A stretch of DNA of 38,870 nucleotides. Source: a virus (taxonomy: Duplodnaviria; Caudoviricetes). Every line of letters starts with the position of its first letter. Position 1 is the stretch's first letter. The position numbers and the translations under genes are program-made. The notes under the pieces were generated by a model. That model did not search any database. It was not told the origin of the DNA and saw nothing but the letters and a program-made list of their open reading frames with translations. The DNA lies in IMG/VR virus record IMGVR_UViG_3300038530_001857, positions 1 through 38,870 of that record. One strand, 5' to 3'. This document shows positions 1-9,100 of the stretch, piece by piece.

Positions 1-379
1 CATCGCCTTCTTCATAGGCTTTGCGATAAGACTCTTTTGCGGCGGCAGCATCCGCTTCAACGCGGCTACCGAACTCACCAACATACGACTGGTCGAGCTT
101 ATCTAAGCGTGACCGAAGCTCTTCATTCTGCTTCTTCACGGCTTCGGCATACTCGAGTGCAGCCTGACGCTGGCGCTCTTCCTCCCGGAACCTGTTCGTC
201 AGCTTCGAAATACGACGCTGAACAGACTCCGAATATTGCTCTAACTCATCGGATTTGGCCTCTTGCTCGGCGGGAGCGTCATCTTCGGATGTTTCACGTG
301 AAACATCTTCCGGCTGTTGCTCTTCCTCGGCGGCAACGACCTCCAGTTCTTCTTCCTTCTCGGCAAGGTTGTTTTGCAT
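1..379 (-). CDS. Probable capsid scaffolding/head assembly protein (3' end beyond window edge)
   Basis: Read manually, absent from the ORF track: ATG at 379, MQNNLAEKEEELEVVAAEEEQQPEDVSRE...YSESVQRRISKLTNRFREEERQRQAALEYAEAVKKQNEELRSRL... Acidic N-terminus then coiled-coil, open to the window edge, directly after groES in the head operon. Confidence 0.6.
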   Translation of the reverse strand, partial: MQNNLAEKEEELEVVAAEEEQQPEDVSRETSEDDAPAEQEAKSDELEQYSESVQRRISKLTNRFREEERQRQAALEYAEAVKKQNEELRSRLDKLDQSYVGEFGSRVEADAAAAKESYRKAYEEGD

Positions 380-380
380 A

Positions 381-812
381 CTAGGCTCCGTATGTCTTGA
401 TATCATCAGGATCGATGATGGTTGCAATGACTTCATCGTCATTGATGATGCGGACCTCGCCACCTTCAATCTGGAAGCGCGATCCGGCGTACCGACCAAT
501 ACAAACCCAGTCGCCCTCTTTGCACCACGGTTCGAACCCTTCACCAAACTTATCTTCATCTAAGTAGGCAAGCGGGCCAACTTTCACCACATACGCTACA
601 ACAGTAGCTCGTGCCTCTCGGTCCTTGGCTTGATCGGGGACGTACACTCCACCCTCAGTCTTGGCCTTGCCTTGATAGGGCATGACAAGAATTCGCCAGC
701 CAGTGGGCTGTGGGATTCGTTCTGTCAGAGATTTTTTGGAGGCTTCTTCTTCAGATTTTTTCTTGGCTTGCTGTTGCCGAAGGACGTGATCAGGTACTAG
801 AAGCGTCGTCAT
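381..812 (-). CDS. groES: Phage-encoded co-chaperonin GroES (Cpn10)
   Basis: Cpn10 signature: PTGWRILV...KTEGGVYVPD...VVKVGP...KEGDWV...YAGSRF...EVRIINDDEVIA. Confidence 0.9.
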   Translation of the reverse strand: MTTLLVPDHVLRQQQAKKKSEEEASKKSLTERIPQPTGWRILVMPYQGKAKTEGGVYVPDQAKDREARATVVAYVVKVGPLAYLDEDKFGEGFEPWCKEGDWVCIGRYAGSRFQIEGGEVRIINDDEVIATIIDPDDIKTYGA

Positions 813-996
813 AGTTAGCCTTTGTCAGCAGGGATTTGAGTTCATCAAGCGCGTAGGTAATCCCCTGAATCTCACCTATCATCGCGCGATACTGCTCCAT
901 GTCCGAAGCACTACCGCTAGTAACGGAGATGCTAATGTCATCTACCCGTGTTTGCAAGGTTTTTTGATACCTTGTGATAAAGTCAACAACGTCCAT
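790..996 (-). CDS. Small helical hypothetical protein upstream of groES
   Basis: 68-aa ORF in operon orientation overlapping the groES start; helical-hairpin-like sequence. Confidence 0.7.
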   Translation of the reverse strand: MDVVDFITRYQKTLQTRVDDISISVTSGSASDMEQYRAMIGEIQGITYALDELKSLLTKANYDDASST

Positions 997-1003
997 TATA
1001 AAC

Positions 1004-2194
1004 CTACCGACTCATTAGAAGGGGCGGAGGAATTATATCAACTGGATAGGCACGATCTTCGTAGTATGAAGACCCCGGCATCCGAAAAACTTCGCGTATG
1101 TTTTGTGGACTCAGCACGTCTGTTGAATCGTACAACGGACTGGCGCCCACGTCACTTTTTGTTAGTGTCGCCGAACCAGCGTCACCTGCCGCGATACCTT
1201 GTATTACTTTCGAGCCGGTTGGAAGTTTATATCCACCATCGATCACCGTTACACCATCGGAGCCATAGACTGGATCAACATATCCAAGAATTCTACCTTT
1301 ACCATCAACAACTTCGTCTATTTTTCTGCCTTCATCATAGGGGTTTTCTAGCGGCGCAGGCGGCGGGCTGATCGGTTCGTTGAACGTAGTGCCTGTTGGC
1401 TGGATCTGAAAGTCTCGAATCCTTGGCTCCGGAATAGCAGGTGGAATCTCTGCAAAAGTAGTCAGACCATCAGGCATCCCAGCAAGTTGACGCTTCGCAG
1501 CGTTCTCCGCAAGAATTTGATCAGAACGTGCGATGACCTCATCTATGCCAGCTTGAAAGTTAGCTTGCCGCTCGGGGGTGAAAGCAGGCGGGACCACTGC
1601 CTGTGCGGTGTCTTCTTGAACAGCGGTAGCGTCTTGACCGTCCGGGAAACCGGGGACGGTGAGATCACTTCTATCAAACAGCGCGGTTATAATACCAACG
1701 CCCGGAAACAAACTTTCTGAACCTGTTTTTCGAAGACTTGGATCTCTTTCCACCGTGCCGTAACGAGTGGGATCTCCCGCACCGAGGCCCGGTTCTACTC
1801 TACCTGTGCGCGTGTCCACTGGTGACAAATAGCGGCGAAACATCAAATTTTTCACCGCACCAAACGCAGGGGTGCCAATAAGATCGGGGTAGCTAATATT
1901 CTTTGGACCAAGCAGCCTGGCGATTCCGCTCATCGCTCCAAAGGGATTGCTGTCGGTCATCCCTAAAACGCTTGATTCAATTTGCTTGCGTGTAAGCTGT
2001 CGGGCCTCACTTCCGCCGTCATCCTTCGGGATGTTGACGGTGTATCTAACCTGATCCTCGATATCTTGGACCGAAGTATTCAACGGAGCGCCAACTGTGG
2101 TGCCAGTACCCCCCGCACCACGGACACTGCGACCGCGCTCTCCAAAGTCCATTGTTCCTATGGAGGTATCGATGGAATCGAGCGGCGACCGCAT
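1004..2194 (-). CDS. Hypothetical protein, possible virion component
   Basis: 396-aa ORF translationally coupled (TGATG) to the upstream gene; no family recognised. Confidence 0.7.
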   Translation of the reverse strand: MRSPLDSIDTSIGTMDFGERGRSVRGAGGTGTTVGAPLNTSVQDIEDQVRYTVNIPKDDGGSEARQLTRKQIESSVLGMTDSNPFGAMSGIARLLGPKNISYPDLIGTPAFGAVKNLMFRRYLSPVDTRTGRVEPGLGAGDPTRYGTVERDPSLRKTGSESLFPGVGIITALFDRSDLTVPGFPDGQDATAVQEDTAQAVVPPAFTPERQANFQAGIDEVIARSDQILAENAAKRQLAGMPDGLTTFAEIPPAIPEPRIRDFQIQPTGTTFNEPISPPPAPLENPYDEGRKIDEVVDGKGRILGYVDPVYGSDGVTVIDGGYKLPTGSKVIQGIAAGDAGSATLTKSDVGASPLYDSTDVLSPQNIREVFRMPGSSYYEDRAYPVDIIPPPLLMSR

Positions 2195-2655
2195 CAGTAT
2201 ACCCCAGAAAACTTGCCGCCTTGGATCGCGGCGCCCATACCACGACTAGTCATGAACTTGCCACTAGCTGCGCTTACAGGTTTCCGTTTTGCCGTCGTCA
2301 TGCCGCGTTTTTTCGGCTTTGGCGGCATTGGGCCACCTTTTCGATTGCCCTCTTTATTCATGGGGTGATCTGAATCAAGCAGTTTTCTATTCTTGCGGAT
2401 GATGTCCTTTTGGTCATCACTCAGCTTGTCTGAACCCATCAGATCTCGATACATCTTCTCGTTCGGACCGAGCGGAGTCGGAGTCGCCATTTTGTTGGTG
2501 CCGCCTTGTTCAAAGCCACGCATCTTCTTCATGTTGCTCTCCAATATCTGTGAGCCACCGTCCTTGCGACCACGACCCTTTTTGATGAGGTTCTTAGCCT
2601 CATCATAACTTATCCCCAGGTCGCCGGCAAACTGTCTAATCCGTGGCCGTGCCAT
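2194..2655 (-). CDS. Basic, low-complexity protein ending GGKFSGVY
   Basis: 153-aa K/R/M-rich ORF; its C-terminal motif is shared with 5684-5905 and 5906-6148. Confidence 0.75.
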   Translation of the reverse strand: MARPRIRQFAGDLGISYDEAKNLIKKGRGRKDGGSQILESNMKKMRGFEQGGTNKMATPTPLGPNEKMYRDLMGSDKLSDDQKDIIRKNRKLLDSDHPMNKEGNRKGGPMPPKPKKRGMTTAKRKPVSAASGKFMTSRGMGAAIQGGKFSGVY

Positions 2656-2865
2656 CTACTTCTCCTTCTCGTGTCCCAGCCACACCGCAAATGCACCGGT
2701 CATGGCCCCCGTGACTACACTCACCAGTCCCGCCTGCGCTGGCGTAGGGTCGGGCAATGTCATAAACCACTCGACCACTCTCCATGCCGAGATCGACATC
2801 ATTATCATCATCAGGCGCGGCAGTATCTTCCACCGCAGGAATCTTTCCATTGTTACTTCGGCCAC
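2656..2865 (-). CDS. Small two-TM membrane protein, holin/antiholin-like
   Basis: 69 aa with two hydrophobic segments (ILPRLMMIMMSISAW; AGLVSVVTGAMTGAFAVWLG) and a charged C-tail; GAGGA RBS before GTG. Confidence 0.6.
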   Translation of the reverse strand: MAEVTMERFLRWKILPRLMMIMMSISAWRVVEWFMTLPDPTPAQAGLVSVVTGAMTGAFAVWLGHEKEK

Positions 2866-2919
2866 GATTGATCCTCGCTTGTTCTGGCGTCGTGCGATTG
2901 TGCATGTCCCACATCGGCA

Positions 2920-3303
2920 TTATTTTTTACCAAAAAATTTGGTAGCTGAACGTACGCCAAAAGAAGCAGCAACAATAACACCAAGGGAATATTGATACCA
3001 CGTAGGCATCTTGTCCAACTGCTCAAAGCCATTTGCGACCACGCCCTCCATGCCCGGTATGAAGCTCAGTATTAAGGGCACCGAGAACAGAATTACAAGC
3101 CACTCGTCCTTCCAAGACGACTGACTACCACGAGCCATCTCCAGATCCCAATCGATCTCACCCGTAGCCTTCTTTTCCATGATGGTAGCCTCGGCCTTGG
3201 CCGTAGCAACCTTGGCTGCGGTCTCAGCCCTGGTCTTCTCAACCTTGCCTTCGAGCCATGTTCCAGCCAGAGAGGCGATGGGTCCAATCAGTGCTTGGAT
3301 CAT
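2920..3303 (-). CDS. Putative holin (3TM, GTA-holin-like)
   Basis: 127 aa: N-terminal amphipathic helix, SWKDEW motif then hydrophobic TM, PxWYQY...IVAASFGVR, basic C-terminus; ATGA overlap with the portal stop. Confidence 0.65.
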   Translation of the reverse strand: MIQALIGPIASLAGTWLEGKVEKTRAETAAKVATAKAEATIMEKKATGEIDWDLEMARGSQSSWKDEWLVILFSVPLILSFIPGMEGVVANGFEQLDKMPTWYQYSLGVIVAASFGVRSATKFFGKK

Positions 3304-5684
3304 TTATTCCTCGACAGTGCAGCCTGTGTGTTGATGCGGTATACGTTGACATCGTTTCGTGCGCCCGCAATGTCTTCCTGCGTTTGAATACGTTGCTGGG
3401 CCAGATCGTACGCCTGTTGCAGCTTGGCCTGATCGATCTGGAAGTCCATCTGATCGTTCGCCATCTTGCGCTGGACCTCCATCTGCGAGTTCTCAAGTTC
3501 CTGCTGGCGGATCGCGATCAATGGATCTTGACTCTGCGCGGGCTGAATCATCGGCATGATCTGCTTCATGATCTCACCGATCTGCTGTGCAACAGCGGAC
3601 TCGACCACATCAGGATTGATCTGCGGAACAGGGAAGCCAGCCTCTTGATCCTGCTGAATCTGGGCTTGGAAGAACGCCGTTACCTGATCCCGTGCCAGCA
3701 TGGCGACGTGCTCCTGAACGTGTGACAGGAGAAGCAGGAACGCCTGCGGACTTGCGGCAGCGGCAGGCGATGACAGGAACATAGCATGCGCCAGTATGTG
3801 TGATTCGTGATCCTGCTGCGGGAATGCTTGCAAAGGCTTGCCCTGTACAGCAGTCGCATTCTCTGACGCCGGATCTTTCGGTGCGGGCGGCGGAGGCGGA
3901 GGCAGGATGGCGTCGATGTTCTTGATGTCGAGGGCATCATACATCCGACGATACGCCTCATACATATTGTGCATCTGCGGTGCTTGAGAGGCCAACTGCA
4001 TCTGTGTCTGCGCCAACGACAGGCGCTGAGACATCGAGAAGATTGTCGGATCAGAGACTGGCAGGATATCTACCCGGCCATCAAAGTCCTGCGCCATGAT
4101 CTCGGCAGGCACATTCTGACCCACAAAGTACGGATACGGCATCGGGTTGTCGGCGAACACTTCGGCGAGGAGACGAAACTCTTGCTTCTGACCATAGTGA
4201 AGACGCTTGTGGATCGAAGAGATGATCTTCGATCCCTGCTCGATCAGTGCAACTGTGGTTCCGACTGGTGCCTGTGAATTAACGTCGGAGATTTTTGCGT
4301 CGGCGACTTGGGCAAAGCGGCGTCCTGAATCGACAATAACGCCCAGTAGTTGAGCAAGTGTCCCAGAAGGTTCCTTGTATGGAAGGGGCATAAGAGCATT
4401 CCGAAGATCACCACCGGGAGCATCAATATCACGGAACTCGCCAGGAGCAAGCGGCTCATCGTCATTGCGAATACGAACACCACGAGCCTTGAAGCCAGCA
4501 GGCAGATTCGAGAGAGTGCCCGCATCGATAAGCTGACGAAGAATAGAAGTCGCTGCACGAGACAGTCCACCTATAGTATGAAGCAGGCCAAAGCCATAAA
4601 AGCCAAACCCAGGCAGAAACTTAAAATGAGTAAAGTATTGTCGTTTTCTACGAAGTGGATCCGCCTGTCGGTAGTTTCGGACCACCGAGAGAACCTGTCC
4701 TGAACCTTCATCCATAGTGACAATGTAAGGGAGTTTAACCCCCGTAGGCTCACCAGCCCCGTCAATGTCTTCAAACCCTTCGAGATCAATCTCTGTATGG
4801 ATCTCAAGGAGTGTGAAAGTGTCATTACCATACGACGGGCGAACACCTTGCAGTTCGTTACCAGTTTGTCGAATCGAGCTATCATCGTCTTCATCTCCAG
4901 CTTGAAGGTCAATGTCCCGATACACACCGGCGACTTGGAGCTTGCGAAGCTCGTTCTCTGTCATCCGCACTACATGTGTGACACGCTCGGCTGTGTTCAA
5001 GTCACTCGCCGAGTAAGGGACAATCAGATCCTCCGCCGGAACAAACTTCGAAACTGCCCGCTGCTTTCCGGCATCGAAATACACCTTCTTAAATGTTGAA
5101 CCAGTCAGCGGCAGGTAGAACAGCATCTGATCCGTGTCCGGATCATACTCTTCCATCACCTCCGTGATCTGGTAGTTCATAAAGTCTTTAACGCGCAGCG
5201 CCTGATCCTCAAGCATCTTGTTGGCCGCACCAAGAATCTGCGTCTTGATCGGGCCACCAGCAGGCAGCATCTCTTTGTATGCCTGTGCTTGGAACTGTGT
5301 TACCGCCTCACTGAGCAGCGGATGATGGACACCACTCGCGCCAAGGAACGGCTCGTTGCGCTCTTCATAATTCACACCAAGCAGCTTTAAGCCCTTGGCA
5401 ATCGCCTCTTCCCAATCTTCGCGCGACTCCTTATCGTCGTCGATCTTGTCTCGCAAATCCGAAGATAACGCACCAAGAACGGAGTCATCAAGGACTTCGG
5501 CCAAGTTGGCGTTGTGATCGTACGGTGCAGCATCTACCTCGATCATCTCTTCCATGCCGGCAAGCTCAATGCCTTCAGGAAGCATGTTCTCGTCAGGAAG
5601 CTCCACCATCATCTCTTGAGGCACCTCGGTCGCCGGACCACCGGCGCCCATTGCCATATCGACCATCTGCGGAGGAAGTGCCAT
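3300..5684 (-). CDS. Portal protein
   Basis: 794 aa downstream of terL. Podoviral portal-type motifs: HPLLSEAVTQFQAQAYKE, GSTFKKVYFD, PGFGFYGFGL, LRQLIDAGTLSNLP, APVGTTVAL, SSIHKRLH; Q-rich C-terminal coil. Confidence 0.85.
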   Translation of the reverse strand: MALPPQMVDMAMGAGGPATEVPQEMMVELPDENMLPEGIELAGMEEMIEVDAAPYDHNANLAEVLDDSVLGALSSDLRDKIDDDKESREDWEEAIAKGLKLLGVNYEERNEPFLGASGVHHPLLSEAVTQFQAQAYKEMLPAGGPIKTQILGAANKMLEDQALRVKDFMNYQITEVMEEYDPDTDQMLFYLPLTGSTFKKVYFDAGKQRAVSKFVPAEDLIVPYSASDLNTAERVTHVVRMTENELRKLQVAGVYRDIDLQAGDEDDDSSIRQTGNELQGVRPSYGNDTFTLLEIHTEIDLEGFEDIDGAGEPTGVKLPYIVTMDEGSGQVLSVVRNYRQADPLRRKRQYFTHFKFLPGFGFYGFGLLHTIGGLSRAATSILRQLIDAGTLSNLPAGFKARGVRIRNDDEPLAPGEFRDIDAPGGDLRNALMPLPYKEPSGTLAQLLGVIVDSGRRFAQVADAKISDVNSQAPVGTTVALIEQGSKIISSIHKRLHYGQKQEFRLLAEVFADNPMPYPYFVGQNVPAEIMAQDFDGRVDILPVSDPTIFSMSQRLSLAQTQMQLASQAPQMHNMYEAYRRMYDALDIKNIDAILPPPPPPAPKDPASENATAVQGKPLQAFPQQDHESHILAHAMFLSSPAAAASPQAFLLLLSHVQEHVAMLARDQVTAFFQAQIQQDQEAGFPVPQINPDVVESAVAQQIGEIMKQIMPMIQPAQSQDPLIAIRQQELENSQMEVQRKMANDQMDFQIDQAKLQQAYDLAQQRIQTQEDIAGARNDVNVYRINTQAALSRNK

Positions 5685-5905
5685 TAAAAGATTCCTTTGA
5701 ATGTGCCGCCACGGGCTTTCATCACAGCGCCGCCACGAGCCTTGCCCTTGTCTTGCGCGTCTATCTTCTTAATCATCTTGGTCAGTTCATTGTACTCTTT
5801 CGAGCCATATTTGAAGTTTTTTCGCTGCTTCGCCAAGAACTGCCGTTCGGTAAGTTCTGAACGGTCTCTGAGCAAGGCATTCATGCGCGTCTGACGCAAG
5901 TCCAT
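5684..5905 (-). CDS. Small basic protein ending GGAVMKARGGTFKGIF
   Basis: 73-aa ORF coupled to the portal start (TAATG). Confidence 0.75.
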   Translation of the reverse strand: MDLRQTRMNALLRDRSELTERQFLAKQRKNFKYGSKEYNELTKMIKKIDAQDKGKARGGAVMKARGGTFKGIF

Positions 5906-6148
5906 CTAAAACACACCCTTGAACGTGCCGCCGCGTTTTTTCATCACTGCACCACCTTTTTTCTTGTCAAGCGTAGTGTCCTTGCCGCCGCGCATCAGGT
6001 TGCCTAACTCTGTTTTAATCTGAATAATCCGCAACCGATCCTTGTTGGTCGTGTACTCGTCCTCGGTAATCGTTTCGAGTTCGTCGAAGAGTCTGTCCAT
6101 TTTTGCATCCAAGGCCAACGTGGCCTTGCTTTTTTTCTTCGCCATCAC
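5906..6148 (-). CDS. Small protein ending GGAVMKKRGGTFKGVF
   Basis: 80-aa ORF abutting both neighbours; last 16 aa are 14/16 identical to those of 5684-5905. Confidence 0.75.
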   Translation of the reverse strand: MMAKKKSKATLALDAKMDRLFDELETITEDEYTTNKDRLRIIQIKTELGNLMRGGKDTTLDKKKGGAVMKKRGGTFKGVF

Positions 6149-9100
6149 ATCACCTGCCTTGCCATGCCGCCAATGCCCGAGTGTACCAGCTTTTTGGGCC
6201 TCAAGTCTACGGGTCCACCTTTCTTGTATGCGCTAGGCACTTTCTTAGCGACTTCAGCAGTGCCCGGATCGCGCAAGTCAATGTACCGGAAAGGTGGCAA
6301 TGAAGGCTGGAACCCAAAACCTGTGCCCGTAACCACTTCGCGACTTGCATACTTACCAAGTGTGTCCGCGCCAGAAGAATTTGGATTAGCAAATTTGATT
6401 TCTGTCGCCTCTTCCACCTTGAGACCAGATTTGTTTAGCTTGCTCAAAGCAGCGTCGAGATTTCTGCCGTAGTTCTGGAAGTGGCCTCGCAGCTTTCTTT
6501 CGTCTTTAAAGTTTACATTCGGTGCGACTATCTTCTTTATGCCACCATCTTTTATGGTTTTTTCAATCGCCTTGGCTAACTCCTCAAAGTCACCTGCGAT
6601 CCCCTGCCGCTGCACAGATTGAGCAATCTCTGTCCGTAAAACACCGATCACTCCGGCCTCATCCAAGAAATCATCCACTTCTTGTTGCGACTTAAACTCG
6701 GCAGGAGCCGCATCGTCTTTCTTGGCTTTAGCCGCTCTTTTACGAAGGATTTGAGCAGCACGACGAGCAGTGTCTTCTGCTTCTAACACAACGCCAAATT
6801 GTGCAACTTGTCTTGCGTTGCCGACTTCAGATGACCGCGCCGCCATGAACTCCTCTTTGGGCGGGATGATAACCATGTCCGCACCCAGTTTCTTAGCTTC
6901 ACCCGGCAGCACCCGCGTAGCGAACTGCATGAAATCGTTCTGATTCATGTAAGGCGGACGAGCGGCCATGTCTCGTGCACGAGAAGCACCACTAAACTGC
7001 TGTCCATCTTGGAACGCCCTAGCCAATGCGTCACTCAGGGAGTCCATGTCGTCATTGAGAAGGGCGCGACTAACCTCCGGTACTGCATTTCGCTGTCTAT
7101 TTTGGCGATCAACATAGCTTGCTGTCGGCAACTCTTCTAGACCCAGCTTTTGTATAAACGCCGGTCCAATTCCTTCGTCTGTTAGAACCTTGTTAATGTT
7201 TTTGCGCAGTGTCTCAAAGCTAGGTGCCCGCTTCTGTGCGGCATCCAACTCAAAAAGCAAACTTCTCTTGAACGTCCGCTGCTGGGCCTCGTCAAAAGTT
7301 TTGGAACTCGCAAGCTGATTGATTAGCTCTCGATTCAGGGAGCCTGGATTAAAGAAACTCTTTTTCTTCGCGACCTCTCGGCGCAACGCTGGATGTAGTT
7401 CGGCCAAAGCATTTAAATCTATTAAGATCTCGTCTTTAGTGTCCACCAGGCCAGGGAACAGCGTCTTGGAGTCGAAGTTGTCTGTCTCTCCAATTGCAGC
7501 GACCACCTCGTCCAAATCCGTATGCCGTATAGATTTTCTATACCGCACACCATCTCGCACTTCTATCGAGTCCTGCGCCTGCTTTGCTCCAAACAGACTT
7601 ACAGATCCCCTATCAAGGTCAGGAGTTAGATAGAGCGGGGTCACCTGATCATACAAGTTGTCCGGGCGATCCCCAGGAGTGCTAGGGGGATTAGCGCGCA
7701 TTTCCAAAAGCTCGTTTTCAAATTTCTCACTATACCTTGCCGCAGCACGGTGGAGATGCTTTAACCGCGCGGAATTGATAGCACTGAAAGCAAGGGCGTC
7801 TGCACGGTAGTCTTCCATCTTCTGGTCAATGTCGCTTTTACCACTCAATATACGCTGGAGCAGTGCTTGTTGAGCCGGGGTGTCAGGCTTGTAGGCCCGA
7901 AATCTGCCCTGCGCGGTGTTGTTCGACTGATCCCAAAAGTTCACCAGAGTCCTGATCTTGTTCTCTCGTATCTCGTCGGCGTTCAAAAGACCTTGAGTCG
8001 GGCCATAGTTGCCCTCAGATAGAGGCAAGGACTCATTAGGAAGTGCTCGTAGCATTGCCTCGGCTTCATCTTTGCTCCGTGCTTTGTGCAGGCCATTCTC
8101 AAGCAGGAAGACAAACTGATCCTGACGTATATCATTGTCCATAGAGACGCCCTTGTGAGAGCCGCTATTATTAAAGAACGCATCAATGGACTGCATGGCG
8201 TTCGAATTCAGCGTCTGTTCACTTTGAGCCACGGCTCTGGTGTCTTCGAGCATCTTATTCAAAGTCTTGTAGTTCGGATCCGCATTAAGAATGACTTCCT
8301 GCATCCGCTGCATCGGGCCATATTCGGCCTTGCCACTAAGCGCCCTCTTTATACGGTCGTTGCGGTTTTCTACAGCAAGCCTCTGCGTCCCCTCGGGATC
8401 CGCATGTTGCGCCTGAATGAGATCGTCAATGCTCGGAATAGGGTTAGCTTTTTCTATCTGATCCTTCCGGTTGAACGCCTTGACCGTGTCCGTCTGAATC
8501 TCCTCGACAACCAGCGCACGAACAGGATCGCCCGTCTTGGGGTCCAGTATCTCCTGAATACTGAAACGAACGTGACCAAAGAAACCGGGAAGCTGACTGC
8601 CAAAGTAATCATGTGACGGCGGATCTATAAATGTGCCATCAATCTGCGCCGAATCATCAGCAAACAGCATCACACCATAGTTCTGCTGGTTCTCCGACGA
8701 GTTGCCCAGACGCTGCATGGTGCCATAACCAGTGGGTTCCGCAGCAACAGAAACTCCGTTATACGTCATGCCCTGTTCGTCGAACACAGTCTTGATCTTG
8801 TACCGTGGAGACAGAACCCCAATCACATCGCGGAACTCGTCCGGGCTAATCTTCTTGCTGCCCAGAGACTTCAAGTAACCCTCAATGCCAAGCGACCGTA
8901 GCTCCGTACCCGCGCGAGGCTGACCACGCAACTTCTCCAGCAACTTTGCCGCCGTAATCCCGCCCTTCGGAATCTCGATGTTCTCCAGCGCAGCACGAAG
9001 CGGCGAATACACGCCCGACTCACTAAACGCCGATGTGCCCGTGTCAGACGTGTCCTTAACCGTCGGAACAACACCCTCGTTGTCCGGGCTGACAAACATG

